DNA from: an uncultured Nitrososphaeria archaeon
GTDB lineage: Archaea > Thermoproteota > Nitrososphaeria > JACIWG01
Length of the DNA: 64,000 nucleotides
Direction of reading: 5' to 3'
Assembly: GCA_964448685.1 (NCBI GenBank)
Contig: CAYUWR010000038.1
Location: forward strand, 23,297-87,296
Under the pieces are notes generated by a model. It saw nothing but the letters and a program-made list of their open reading frames with translations. It made no database searches and was not told where the DNA came from. Shown piece after piece: positions 47,241 to 56,598 of this stretch. The position numbers and the translations under genes are program-made. The number at the start of each line of letters is the position of its first letter. The stretch's first letter is position 1.

Positions 47241-49505
47241 ATGAGAAGCAGGATCACGGTTGCAGGGATCGTTCAAGGAGTAGGGTTCAGACCTTTCGTC
47301 TTCAGGACTGCTGTAAGAAATCACCTTGGTGGATATGTCAAGAACATGGGTGATGGAACAGTCGAGATAGAAGTCGAAGGCAGAAGGCAGGATATCGACC
47401 GATTTGTGGAGGAACTCTATTTGAGGAAGCCACCATTTGCTAGAATAGAGAAGTTCAATAGAAAAGACCTAGATGGAGAGCACGGCTATTCCAAGTTCGT
47501 GGTTCTCAGAAGTGAGCGTCGGGAGAAGGAGAGCGCCTCACTGATTCCACCAGATCTTGGCATCTGCGACGAATGCGCCAGAGAGCTGTTTGACCCCAAG
47601 AATAGGAGGTTCGGCTACCACTTTATAACATGTACAGATTGTGGGCCGAGGTTCACCATCATCGAAAGGTTCCCATACGACAAGAAAAACACGGCAATGA
47701 AGGATTTTCCATTGTGCAGACGCTGCAAGGTAGAATACGAGGATCCACTTGACAGAAGATTCCATGCTGAAACGATCGCCTGCGGGGACTGTGGGCCGGC
47801 CTTGCAGCTCTTGAGCAGCAGGGGTTCACCGATAGATGGTGACCCGATCGCCAATGCCGCAAAATGTATAGACGGCGGCGGGATTCTGGCTGTGAAGGGT
47901 GTAGGAGGATTTCACATCGCGCTGTCAGCGTACGATGATAGAGCGATTTCGAGGCTTAGGGAATGGAAGCATCGGGAGGAGAAGCCTTTCGCGGTCATGG
48001 CAAAGGACATGTCGACAGTCAAAAGGTTTTCATATGTTGACGGTGACGAAGAGGAGATGCTCTGTTCTCCTTCAAAACCTATAGTATTAGTTAGGCTGAA
48101 AGAGGACGCTGCACTCTCCAAGCTTGTTAGCCCTGGGCTTCACAACATAGGAGTAATGCTGCCTTATACAGGGCTGCATCTTCTTCTATTCGACAAGGCG
48201 AAGACAGATGTCTTCATCATGACAAGCGGAAACCTGCCCTCTGAGCCAATAGTGTCTGAAGAAAAGGAGGCGTTCAGGAAGTTTTCAGGTGTTGTCGACT
48301 ACTTTCTGGTGCATAATCGGAGGATTCTACACAGATGCGATGATTCTGTGATAAGGAAGGTTGATGGAGTCTCTTACTTTCTTAGGAGGTCAAGAGGCTA
48401 TGTGCCTCAGCCTCTCGAAGTGCCGGGTACTAGGGATGTCATAGGGCTTGGAGCGGAACAGAATGTTTCGGGATGTGTTGTGGCTTCAGATAAGGCGTAT
48501 CTAACACAGTATGTCGGGGATGTTGAGAACCTTGAAACACTAGAGCATCTGAGGTCGGCACTGAAGAGGATGGTCGCCTTGACTTCTGCAAAACCTGAGG
48601 CTGTCGCACACGATCTGCATCCATCATTTAACACAACCGTCTTCGCTCAAGAGCTCTCGAACGAGTTGAAGATTCCATCATATTCGATCCAGCATCATCA
48701 CGCCCACATCGCATCGGTGATGGCAGAGGGCTGCCTCGAGCAATGCGTCGGCATAGCGATCGACGGCTTCGGCTATGGGCTTGATGGGAACGCTTGGGGG
48801 GGAGAAGTTCTTCTATGTGATGGAGCCAAGATGGAGAGGATAGGGCATCTGGAGGAGCAGCCTTATTTAGGAGGCGATCTGGCAGCGAGATATCCTGCTA
48901 GGATGGTATTTGCCATCCTATCTAAGAAAGGTCTAGGAGTTAGATGGGTGTCTGCTAACCTCACTAAATTCCCTTATGGTAACGAGGAGGTCAAGGTTCT
49001 GGCAAGAAAGCTTAAACTCAAAGACTACATCTTGACGACGAGCTTCGGGCGGATGCTGGACGCGATATCCACCCTTTTGGACGTATGCAATACTCGAACA
49101 TATGAGGGGGAGCCTGCCATGAAGTTGGAGAGCTATGCGTCAAATGCCCGCGGAGAATTCAGGATAGACCCGATAATAAGAGGTGATGTGCTGATGACGA
49201 CCCCCCTGCTCGAGAAGATCTATCTGAACATCGGCAAGGTTTCGGGTGTAGAGCTCGCCTACGCTGGCGAAGAATATCTGGCTAGAGGGATCGCAGAACT
49301 CGCAGTAGGCAAGGCATACAAACACGGCATAAGAGACATCTCTATCTCAGGTGGCGTAGCCTACAACGAGCATATTTCGAGAACAATACGAACCACGGTT
49401 CAGGCGAGCGGGCTGAGGCTTCACAAGAAGAAGTATGCACCACCGGGTGACGGATGCATAAGTTTAGGCCAAGCATATATAGTCGGCAGGTGGCTTCTTA
49501 GATAG
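47241..49505 (+). CDS. hypF: Hydrogenase maturation carbamoyltransferase HypF
   Basis: VQGVGFRPF acylphosphatase domain, two CxxC Zn fingers, KGVGGFH, QHHHAH and PPGDGCISLGQ. Confidence 0.97.
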   Translation: MRSRITVAGIVQGVGFRPFVFRTAVRNHLGGYVKNMGDGTVEIEVEGRRQDIDRFVEELYLRKPPFARIEKFNRKDLDGEHGYSKFVVLRSERREKESASLIPPDLGICDECARELFDPKNRRFGYHFITCTDCGPRFTIIERFPYDKKNTAMKDFPLCRRCKVEYEDPLDRRFHAETIACGDCGPALQLLSSRGSPIDGDPIANAAKCIDGGGILAVKGVGGFHIALSAYDDRAISRLREWKHREEKPFAVMAKDMSTVKRFSYVDGDEEEMLCSPSKPIVLVRLKEDAALSKLVSPGLHNIGVMLPYTGLHLLLFDKAKTDVFIMTSGNLPSEPIVSEEKEAFRKFSGVVDYFLVHNRRILHRCDDSVIRKVDGVSYFLRRSRGYVPQPLEVPGTRDVIGLGAEQNVSGCVVASDKAYLTQYVGDVENLETLEHLRSALKRMVALTSAKPEAVAHDLHPSFNTTVFAQELSNELKIPSYSIQHHHAHIASVMAEGCLEQCVGIAIDGFGYGLDGNAWGGEVLLCDGAKMERIGHLEEQPYLGGDLAARYPARMVFAILSKKGLGVRWVSANLTKFPYGNEEVKVLARKLKLKDYILTTSFGRMLDAISTLLDVCNTRTYEGEPAMKLESYASNARGEFRIDPIIRGDVLMTTPLLEKIYLNIGKVSGVELAYAGEEYLARGIAELAVGKAYKHGIRDISISGGVAYNEHISRTIRTTVQASGLRLHKKKYAPPGDGCISLGQAYIVGRWLLR

Positions 49506-49518
49506 GAGAGAAGACGAT

Positions 49519-50151
49519 ATGTCGAGCAGGGAATACTTTGATGAAGTTGCAGGGGACTGGGATAAGATGCGGAGCGTCTTCTTTTCGGAAAAGGTGAGAG
49601 AGAAGGCGTTCGAGGTTGGGAAGGTCGATGGTGCTCAAGTAGTGGCGGACATTGGAGCAGGGACAGGGTTCATGACAGAAGGGCTTGTGAAAAGGGGGAT
49701 TAAGGTGATAGCGGTCGATCGATCGCAGGCTATGATAGAGGAAATGAAGAGGAAGTTTTCGAAAGTTGATTCGATCAACTATCGAATAGGGAACGCAGAA
49801 GATCTGCCGATAGAGGATGAAATGGTTGATTGCGTCTTCGCCAACATGCTGTTGCATCATATGGAATCGCCTGCTGAAGCGATAGTGGAGATGGTGCGGA
49901 TTCTTAGACCAGGGGGGAGGCTTGTCATAACAGACCTCGACCAACATGGCTTCGAATTTCTCAAAACGGAACACAGAGACCGATGGATGGGGTTCAAACG
50001 TGAAGACGTGAAGGCATGGTTCTTGAGAGCCGGGCTTAAAGATGTTGAAGTGGCATCGGTGGGAGAGAACTGCTGCGCTACATCCGAATGCGGCTGCCAA
50101 AGGGCAACCGTCAGCATATTCGTTGCCTGCGGAAAAAAGAGTAGACGATAA
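49519..50151 (+). CDS. Class I SAM-dependent methyltransferase with Cys-rich C-terminus
   Basis: VADIGAGTGF, NMLLHH and LRPGGRLVITD; tail ENCCATSECGC. Confidence 0.88.
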   Translation: MSSREYFDEVAGDWDKMRSVFFSEKVREKAFEVGKVDGAQVVADIGAGTGFMTEGLVKRGIKVIAVDRSQAMIEEMKRKFSKVDSINYRIGNAEDLPIEDEMVDCVFANMLLHHMESPAEAIVEMVRILRPGGRLVITDLDQHGFEFLKTEHRDRWMGFKREDVKAWFLRAGLKDVEVASVGENCCATSECGCQRATVSIFVACGKKSRR

Positions 50152-50245
50152 AATGCACCTTCAACGTAACTGATGGATCACTTAACTCACTCAACAATCC
50201 GATATTCATATATAATAGTCTTATATTCAAGTGTCCGCAGAAAAA

Positions 50246-50458
50246 ATGTGCTTGGCTATTCCCGGAAAGATCGTTGAACGAAGAGGAGACCAAGGTACAG
50301 TAGACTTCGGCGGCGCATACAGACAAGTGAATCTCTCTCTTGTAAGAGCTAGGGTCGGAGACTATGTCATTGTCCACGCTGGGTTCGCAATCTCTAAGGT
50401 AAGAAGGAGGGAAGCTGAAAAGACCCTGGAGCTCGTTAGGCAAATCATGCAGGGATGA
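50246..50458 (+). CDS. hypC: Hydrogenase maturation chaperone HypC
   Basis: MCLAIPG start (ATG 50246) and GDYVIVHAGFAI. Confidence 0.95.
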   Translation: MCLAIPGKIVERRGDQGTVDFGGAYRQVNLSLVRARVGDYVIVHAGFAISKVRRREAEKTLELVRQIMQG

Positions 50459-50470
50459 GGAGAAAGAGAC

Positions 50471-51550
50471 TTGGAGAGGCTGAGAGACGGCAAACTGATA
50501 AGGGGAATTGTGGAAAGGATCGGCGAATACCATGTTCACTTGAACTTTATGCACGCATGTGGCACACATCAGGAAACACTTGTAAGATATGGCCTCGACA
50601 GCCTATTTGGAAAGGTGGGTGTAAGCGTCAAGTCCGGCCCAGGATGCCCGGTCTGTGTGACAACAGCGAAGGAATTTGTCCAAGTTATGGGATTGGCTGA
50701 GAACGGCAAGACTATCGTAGTGTACGGTGACTGCCTCAAGGTTCCCGTTAATGGAAGATCGCTGGTGAGCCTTAGAGAGGATGGCTTCGATGTCAGGGTA
50801 GTCTACAGCGTTGAAGATGCTGTTAAGCTTGCCGAGGGGGTGGAGAAGGATGTTGTGTTCATGGCAATAGGCTTTGAGACTACAGCACCGACAACGGGGG
50901 CTATCCTATTGAAGGACGACCTCCCTGATAACTTCTACGTCTTTAGTTGCCATCGGTTCTTCCTGCCTGCCATGATCAAGCTTCTCGAACTGGGGGAAGT
51001 CAGACTTCAGGGACTGATTGAGCCCGGTCACGTCAGCGCGGTAGTCGGTGCAAGACCGTATGAGCAGATAAAGAAGAGGTTTCAAATTCCACAGGTGATT
51101 TCAGGATTTGAACCCTTAGATCTTGCTCTATCTGCATATGAACTCGTCAAACAGAACATAGAGGGTGAACCCAGAGTGGTGAACGAATACAACAGAGTCG
51201 TGTCGGCAAATGGAAATACCACAGCATTGAAGGTCTTACACAGCGTTTTTGAAGAAGGCGATATTGAATGGAGAGGTTTCCCTATTATCCCGAAGTCGCT
51301 GATGAAGATAAAGAGAAGATTCTCTGCACACGATGCACAAGCACAATTCGAAGACATTCTCTCGAAGGTAACATATGAGCCTTCTGAGATAGAGAAGCGC
51401 TGTAGATGTGGTGAAGTCCTGCGGGGGGTTGCTGAACCTAAAGATTGCCCCCTTTTCAATAAGGTTTGTACACTAGAGAACCCGGTGGGCGCCTGTATGG
51501 TTTCGATCGAGGGCGCCTGCAGGATCCATTTGGAGCTTGGACAAGTCTGA
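50471..51550 (+). CDS. hypD: Hydrogenase maturation protein HypD
   Basis: CGTH, GPGCPVC, GFETT, PGHVS and C-terminal CRCGEVLRG...C...C...CMVSIEGAC. Confidence 0.96.
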   Translation: MERLRDGKLIRGIVERIGEYHVHLNFMHACGTHQETLVRYGLDSLFGKVGVSVKSGPGCPVCVTTAKEFVQVMGLAENGKTIVVYGDCLKVPVNGRSLVSLREDGFDVRVVYSVEDAVKLAEGVEKDVVFMAIGFETTAPTTGAILLKDDLPDNFYVFSCHRFFLPAMIKLLELGEVRLQGLIEPGHVSAVVGARPYEQIKKRFQIPQVISGFEPLDLALSAYELVKQNIEGEPRVVNEYNRVVSANGNTTALKVLHSVFEEGDIEWRGFPIIPKSLMKIKRRFSAHDAQAQFEDILSKVTYEPSEIEKRCRCGEVLRGVAEPKDCPLFNKVCTLENPVGACMVSIEGACRIHLELGQV

Positions 51551-51590
51551 GGAAGCTCTTAAGCCGGCTCCTAGGCAGCGATCACGTAGG

Positions 51591-51923
51591 CTACGTGAAC
51601 GTCACAAGTTGGCTGAGAAAAGTGACGAAGTCGTCTTCTTCTAGGCCGACACCGAGGGGTGCCTCCCTTCTCGCGATCTCTTTTCCATCCTTGAACGCGA
51701 TTAGTGTTGGAACAGTTGCCAAATGGTACTTGCCCCAGAGTGGGCTGTCATCATCTGTAACATCCGCTTTGGCGAACAGAAATAGCATGTTCGAACTATG
51801 TTTCTTCATATAAGACGAAAATTGTAAGCAAAATGGGCAATATGAGGCATAGAAGACTACGACGACGATCCTGCCATCGCGATGAAGGCTTTCGTCGAAC
51901 ACCGCCTTTATGTGCTCAAACAT
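51591..51923 (-). CDS. Thioredoxin-family protein
   Basis: VFYASYCPFC active site and VPTLIAFKDG cis-Pro loop. Confidence 0.85.
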   Translation of the reverse strand: MFEHIKAVFDESLHRDGRIVVVVFYASYCPFCLQFSSYMKKHSSNMLFLFAKADVTDDDSPLWGKYHLATVPTLIAFKDGKEIARREAPLGVGLEEDDFVTFLSQLVTFT

Positions 51924-51958
51924 TTCAAAGGGCCTCAGTCGTGGTCTACCAGACCGTG

Positions 51959-53008
51959 TCAGCAGATTCTCGGTATAGGGTCTCCTCTAGGTCTAGGAAG
52001 TATCCTCTTTCCTCCCACTGTGGTCTCAAGTGTGACCTTGCCGGAGCTACCAACGGCTTCGCCTATCATCTGCGCGTCAGAGCCCTCCTTCGTCTTCTTC
52101 AACTCAGATAGAACCTCCTCCGCCATTTCAGGAACGACCGCCAATATCGCCTTTCCCTCATTGCCTATTTCAAGAGGGCTGATCCCCAAGATTTCGCATG
52201 CTGCCCTAACACCATCTCTTATCGGTATGTTGGGCTCGTTCACCGACAATCCGATTCTACTCTTGTCACACCATTCATAGAGGGCGTTACTTAGTCCACC
52301 TCTCGTCAGGTCCTTCATGGCTACAACACCGCCAACTCTCAAGACCCTATCCACCATATGGTTCAGTGGCTGCATGTCTGATTTCACGTCAACCTTTAGC
52401 CCATATCCTTGTCTCGCGCACATCACCGCCACACCGTGGTCTCCAACATAGCCAGACAGTATCAGCTTATCACCTGGTCTGACATTGGAGTCAAGCAGCC
52501 AGTTGGAACGACATACCCTATAGCGTCTCACAACATCAAGGTTATGTTCCATGAAGTCACTCCTTCTGCCTATTCCTGAAGTGTTGATGATCATCTCTCT
52601 TAGGCCACCGTGTTCCACCACCTTGGTATCTCCTGTTACAATCTTGACATCCGCTTCCTCACATGCCTTCTTCATGCTGTCAAGCACACGTTCGAGGACT
52701 GGCAGCTCAAGTCCCTCCTCCAATATCAGGCCAAAGGACAGGGCTGTAGGCCACCCTCCCAGCATGGAAATATCGTTGACCGTCCCACATATAGAAAGCC
52801 TCCCGATGTCGCCGCCTGGGAAGAAAAGAGGGTAGACCGTATGAGAGTCTGTCTTAAAGACAATTCCATCTACAACGGATGCGTCATCCATTGCGTCCAA
52901 TGGGACTTCGAAACCGCTGCTTGAAAAACGTGATACAATCAACTCCTTTATCAGCGCATATGAGACACTACCTCCAGCGCCATGGATCATGCCTATCCGT
53001 TCTGTCAT
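51959..53008 (-). CDS. hypE: Hydrogenase maturation carbamoyl dehydratase HypE
   Basis: HGAGG, TDSHTV.PLFFPGGDIGRL, GDTKVV, KDLTRGGL and C-terminal PRIC; ATG at 53008 preferred over 53122. Confidence 0.96.
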   Translation of the reverse strand: MTERIGMIHGAGGSVSYALIKELIVSRFSSSGFEVPLDAMDDASVVDGIVFKTDSHTVYPLFFPGGDIGRLSICGTVNDISMLGGWPTALSFGLILEEGLELPVLERVLDSMKKACEEADVKIVTGDTKVVEHGGLREMIINTSGIGRRSDFMEHNLDVVRRYRVCRSNWLLDSNVRPGDKLILSGYVGDHGVAVMCARQGYGLKVDVKSDMQPLNHMVDRVLRVGGVVAMKDLTRGGLSNALYEWCDKSRIGLSVNEPNIPIRDGVRAACEILGISPLEIGNEGKAILAVVPEMAEEVLSELKKTKEGSDAQMIGEAVGSSGKVTLETTVGGKRILPRPRGDPIPRIC

Positions 53009-53215
53009 AATCGCCTGATGGAAAAAGAACCAGCTAATAACGTTTTTGTCGAACGTGCACACTAACACATAAGACATGAGGCGACCCTGTCTCCGGAGCT
53101 TGTCAGCGTCACAGAACACCATCCTGTAGCATTCTGAGATGCTAAGCCAATTTCATGTTACTGAAGATTCCTGCAGCCTATGAGGCTGTGTCTGATGACA
53201 GATTCTAGCGCAATA

Positions 53216-54394
53216 TTAGGCTTTCAAGTACTCTACAATCGAGTCTCTCACAATTCGAATGTCTCTAAGCCAGACAAACTCGTCTACGCCATGAAAGTTG
53301 GTGTCCTTTGATATTGGGCCATATGAAATGGTTGGAATTCCCTTTGCGCTCGTAAATCGGCCATCGTTTCCGCCCAACTCCGCTGCCAGGAGCACTTCTG
53401 TGCCAGTCACCTTCTCTATTGCTCTCTTGAAGCTCTGGACAAAAGGTAGCTGTGGGTCGGTGAAGTAGTTTCCTCCTGTCAGCGTAAAATGCAAGTCAAC
53501 TTTGTACTCTCGATTTCCGAGGTCAACCTTCTCAAGAAACTCCTCCAGCTCCCTTTGAGCCTTCACACAATCTTCTTCTGGGATCAGCCTCATGTCGAAG
53601 GTTGCCTCTGCTGTGCCAGGTATGATGTTGCTTTTCGTGCCCGACTGCAGCATCGTCACCGAAAATCTACCCCAGACCTTCTTGTTGGGCGATCCTGGGG
53701 GCGCATCCAACATGGAAAGCTTCTGTTCTCTGAATTTCTGAAATTTTTCAAGTTCAACTATGAGCCTAGCCATGCCATGTAATGCATTCAATGACAGGTG
53801 AGGGTATCCTGCATGGCCCTGCTTTCCCCTCACTGTGATCGTCCCCTGGTTTATGCCGCTAGCGCCTATAGAGAGAAGTTCTGGGCCGGCGTCGACTATA
53901 AGTGCAGCATCTCCCTTTATCCCAACGTCGTTCAAGAGAAATCCTAGACCGTATTCGCCTCCAACTTCCTCGTCCGCGGTCGCCAAGATCTTAAAGTTCA
54001 GCCTTGAACCCTTTCCGATCTTCTTGGCGGCGCCGAGTAAGGCGGCTATGGCGCTCTTGTCGTCTGCGGCACCTCTGCCGTAGGCTCTTTCGCCGTCGAC
54101 TGTCAACGTGAATGGGTCATGTCTCCAGCCAGTGCCTGGAGGGACGATGTCATAGTGTGCTATACCTAATAGGGTCTCGTCCGCGCCGACATCGAGGGAT
54201 GCGACAACATTTGGCCTGGGTAGGTGGTCCTTTGTCTTTTCTCTTGAATCATAGACTTCAACTTCTAGGCCGATCTTTTCTGCTTCACTGGAGATAGCCT
54301 CTGCACATTCGGTGTAGCCGTCTTTGGTGACAGAATCACTATTTACTGCCACAATCTCCTTGAGGACTCTCAACTCATATTCTAGGTCTTGCAT
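53216..54394 (-). CDS. M20-family metallopeptidase (ArgE/DapE-like)
   Basis: AHYDIVPPG, YGRGAADDK, DEEVGG, GKQGHAG and FHGVDE. Confidence 0.9.
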   Translation of the reverse strand: MQDLEYELRVLKEIVAVNSDSVTKDGYTECAEAISSEAEKIGLEVEVYDSREKTKDHLPRPNVVASLDVGADETLLGIAHYDIVPPGTGWRHDPFTLTVDGERAYGRGAADDKSAIAALLGAAKKIGKGSRLNFKILATADEEVGGEYGLGFLLNDVGIKGDAALIVDAGPELLSIGASGINQGTITVRGKQGHAGYPHLSLNALHGMARLIVELEKFQKFREQKLSMLDAPPGSPNKKVWGRFSVTMLQSGTKSNIIPGTAEATFDMRLIPEEDCVKAQRELEEFLEKVDLGNREYKVDLHFTLTGGNYFTDPQLPFVQSFKRAIEKVTGTEVLLAAELGGNDGRFTSAKGIPTISYGPISKDTNFHGVDEFVWLRDIRIVRDSIVEYLKA

Positions 54395-54497
54395 GCAACT
54401 CTAAGACCTTCAATCATCTAATAAATCTTATCACATGTTAGGTGAAAGATTTTTAAAGATGTGAAAAATATTATGGTGACTTCGGAGTAAATTAGCC

Positions 54498-55856
54498 TTG
54501 GCTGTTCCGAGAAAGCGGGTGGTGATTGTCGGGGCTGGGCCCTCGGGGATATTTACGGGATTAGAACTGTCGGCGGATAGCAGGTTAGATGTCACGATAA
54601 TCGATAAAGGGAAAGATATCGAAAAAAGAATGCAAGATAATGTGGCATATAATGGTGTCTATAATGGCTGGGGTGGAGCTGGCGCCTTCAGTGATGGCAA
54701 GCTAACCTTCTCTACAGAGACAGGAGGCTGGCTTGTCGACTACATGAATGAAAGCGACCTCGTCAAGGTCATCGAAAGGGTCGACGAAGTATTCCTACAC
54801 TATGGTGCCACCGATAGGGTCTATGGTGTAGACGAAGACAAGATATCGAAGATAGCTAGAGAAGCGGCTAAAGCGGACTTTAGGCTGGTGCCAAGTAAAG
54901 TTAGACATCTTGGTAGCGACCAGTGCCCCAGAATACTCCAAAATATCAGGCGAGATCTCGAAAGCAAGGTCAACATTATGATGGAGACCGAAATCGACAG
55001 AGTCATAGTGGTTGACGGCGCCGCAAGAGGCGTTCTCACGAAAGATGGTAGACAGATTGCCGCAGACTATGTGGTTCTTGCACCAGGCAGGAGCGGGGCT
55101 GATTGGCTGAAGAGGGAGGCGGAAAGGCTCAACTTGAGCTCCAGCGTCAACCCAGTCGACTTGGGCGTAAGAGTGGAAGTTCCAGCTGAAGTCCTGGAGC
55201 CTTTGACTTCTGTCCTATACGAGCCTAAACTCGTCTACTATTCAAAGTCCTTTGATGATAAGGTTAGAACGTTCTGTGTCAACCCATACGGGTACGTGGT
55301 CGAAGAAAGAATCAACGACTTGGTTACCGTCAATGGCCACAGCTACCTGGAAAAACGCTCAGACAACACCAACTTCGCGATCTTGGTCAGCACACAGTTC
55401 ACTGAGCCATTCAAGGATCCAATAGCCTACGGAAGGTACATAGCCAAGCTTGCAAACCTGCTGGTCAATGGAGTAATGGTGCAGAGGCTTGGGGACCTGG
55501 TAACAGGAAGAAGATCGACTCAAGAGAGGCTTTCGAGAAGCATCGTTGAGCCAACTTTGGGAAGCGCTCACCCCGGAGACTTAAGCTTCGTACTTCCAGC
55601 CAGATACCTCGCGGACATTAAGGAGATGCTCAGGGCCCTAGACAAGATTGCGCCAGGTGTGTACTCTAATCACACGCTGATATATGGGATAGAGGTAAAG
55701 TTCTACTCTTCGAGACTGAAGCTGACAAAGAACCTTGAGACAGAAATCAAGAACCTTTTCACGATAGGCGATGGCGCGGGTGTATCGAGGGGGCTTGTGC
55801 AATCTTCCGCATCTGGCCTAATAGTGGCAAGAGAAATATTGAGAAGAGTCACCTAA
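54498..55856 (+). CDS. FAD-dependent oxidoreductase (COG2509-like)
   Basis: IVGAGPSG Rossmann motif, GGAGAFSDGKL, RTFCVNPYG, YGIEVKFYS and IGDGAGVSRG. Confidence 0.88.
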   Translation: MAVPRKRVVIVGAGPSGIFTGLELSADSRLDVTIIDKGKDIEKRMQDNVAYNGVYNGWGGAGAFSDGKLTFSTETGGWLVDYMNESDLVKVIERVDEVFLHYGATDRVYGVDEDKISKIAREAAKADFRLVPSKVRHLGSDQCPRILQNIRRDLESKVNIMMETEIDRVIVVDGAARGVLTKDGRQIAADYVVLAPGRSGADWLKREAERLNLSSSVNPVDLGVRVEVPAEVLEPLTSVLYEPKLVYYSKSFDDKVRTFCVNPYGYVVEERINDLVTVNGHSYLEKRSDNTNFAILVSTQFTEPFKDPIAYGRYIAKLANLLVNGVMVQRLGDLVTGRRSTQERLSRSIVEPTLGSAHPGDLSFVLPARYLADIKEMLRALDKIAPGVYSNHTLIYGIEVKFYSSRLKLTKNLETEIKNLFTIGDGAGVSRGLVQSSASGLIVAREILRRVT

Positions 55857-56029
55857 TTTGTTGCATCTGGCGAGCAGTAGCATAGCCGAGAACATAGATG
55901 CCCCACACGATTCTTCTAGATGTGATACTGCTATGTACAGATCGTTGGAGGCTCACATGTCAGACTATCTTAGGGTCTCTGAGAAAGCTTTTTAAGATCA
56001 CGCGGACACGGCACCGTGAACGCAAGAAG

Positions 56030-56587
56030 ATGCTTCAACCTCTACTTTCAACTTTCGTCCTGGTGCTGTTGGCTGAGATAGGCGACAAGACCCAATTATG
56101 CGCACTCGCTCTCTCGATGAAGTACAGGGCGTATCCCGTGATCTTAGGTGCAGGCTTGGCCTTTCTTCTTGTAGACTCCCTTGCTGTGGCTGCCGGAACC
56201 CTGCTACTCGAGGTGGTGCCTCTGTATATGTTGAGAATCTCCGCTGGAGTGGTCTTCATATTGTTTGGCATATACTTCCTGTTGGGCAGGGAGGAAGAGT
56301 ACTGTCCAACGAAAGCCAATAAGTCGCCCTTTGTCTCCTCCTTCATATTGATAGGTTCGACTGAAATGGGAGATAAGACACAGGTCTTGGTCGCTCTCCT
56401 TTCGGCTTCCTATGCAGAGCCTTTTGCGGTCATATCGGGTGCCATGATGGCCCTCATCAGCCTCACAGCCTTGACTGTCATAGTGGGTAACAGGCTGGTT
56501 CAGAGGATTCCAATGGGGCAGATGAAGAAGGTTGCGTCATTCATATTCATAGTGTTGGGGATCCTGCAGATAATCTTCCATGATTAA
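56030..56587 (+). CDS. TMEM165/GDT1 (UPF0016) Ca2+/Mn2+ transporter
   Basis: Two signature motifs EIGDKTQ and EMGDKTQ; ATG at 56030 follows the BRE-TATA-like gaaagctttttaag (55983-55996). Confidence 0.92.
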   Translation: MLQPLLSTFVLVLLAEIGDKTQLCALALSMKYRAYPVILGAGLAFLLVDSLAVAAGTLLLEVVPLYMLRISAGVVFILFGIYFLLGREEEYCPTKANKSPFVSSFILIGSTEMGDKTQVLVALLSASYAEPFAVISGAMMALISLTALTVIVGNRLVQRIPMGQMKKVASFIFIVLGILQIIFHD

Positions 56588-56598
56588 GCTCTTTTTTG

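Noticed and set aside
53009-53122. N-terminal extension of HypE in the track
   Set aside because: The family N-terminus (IxxxHGAGG) begins right after ATG 53008.
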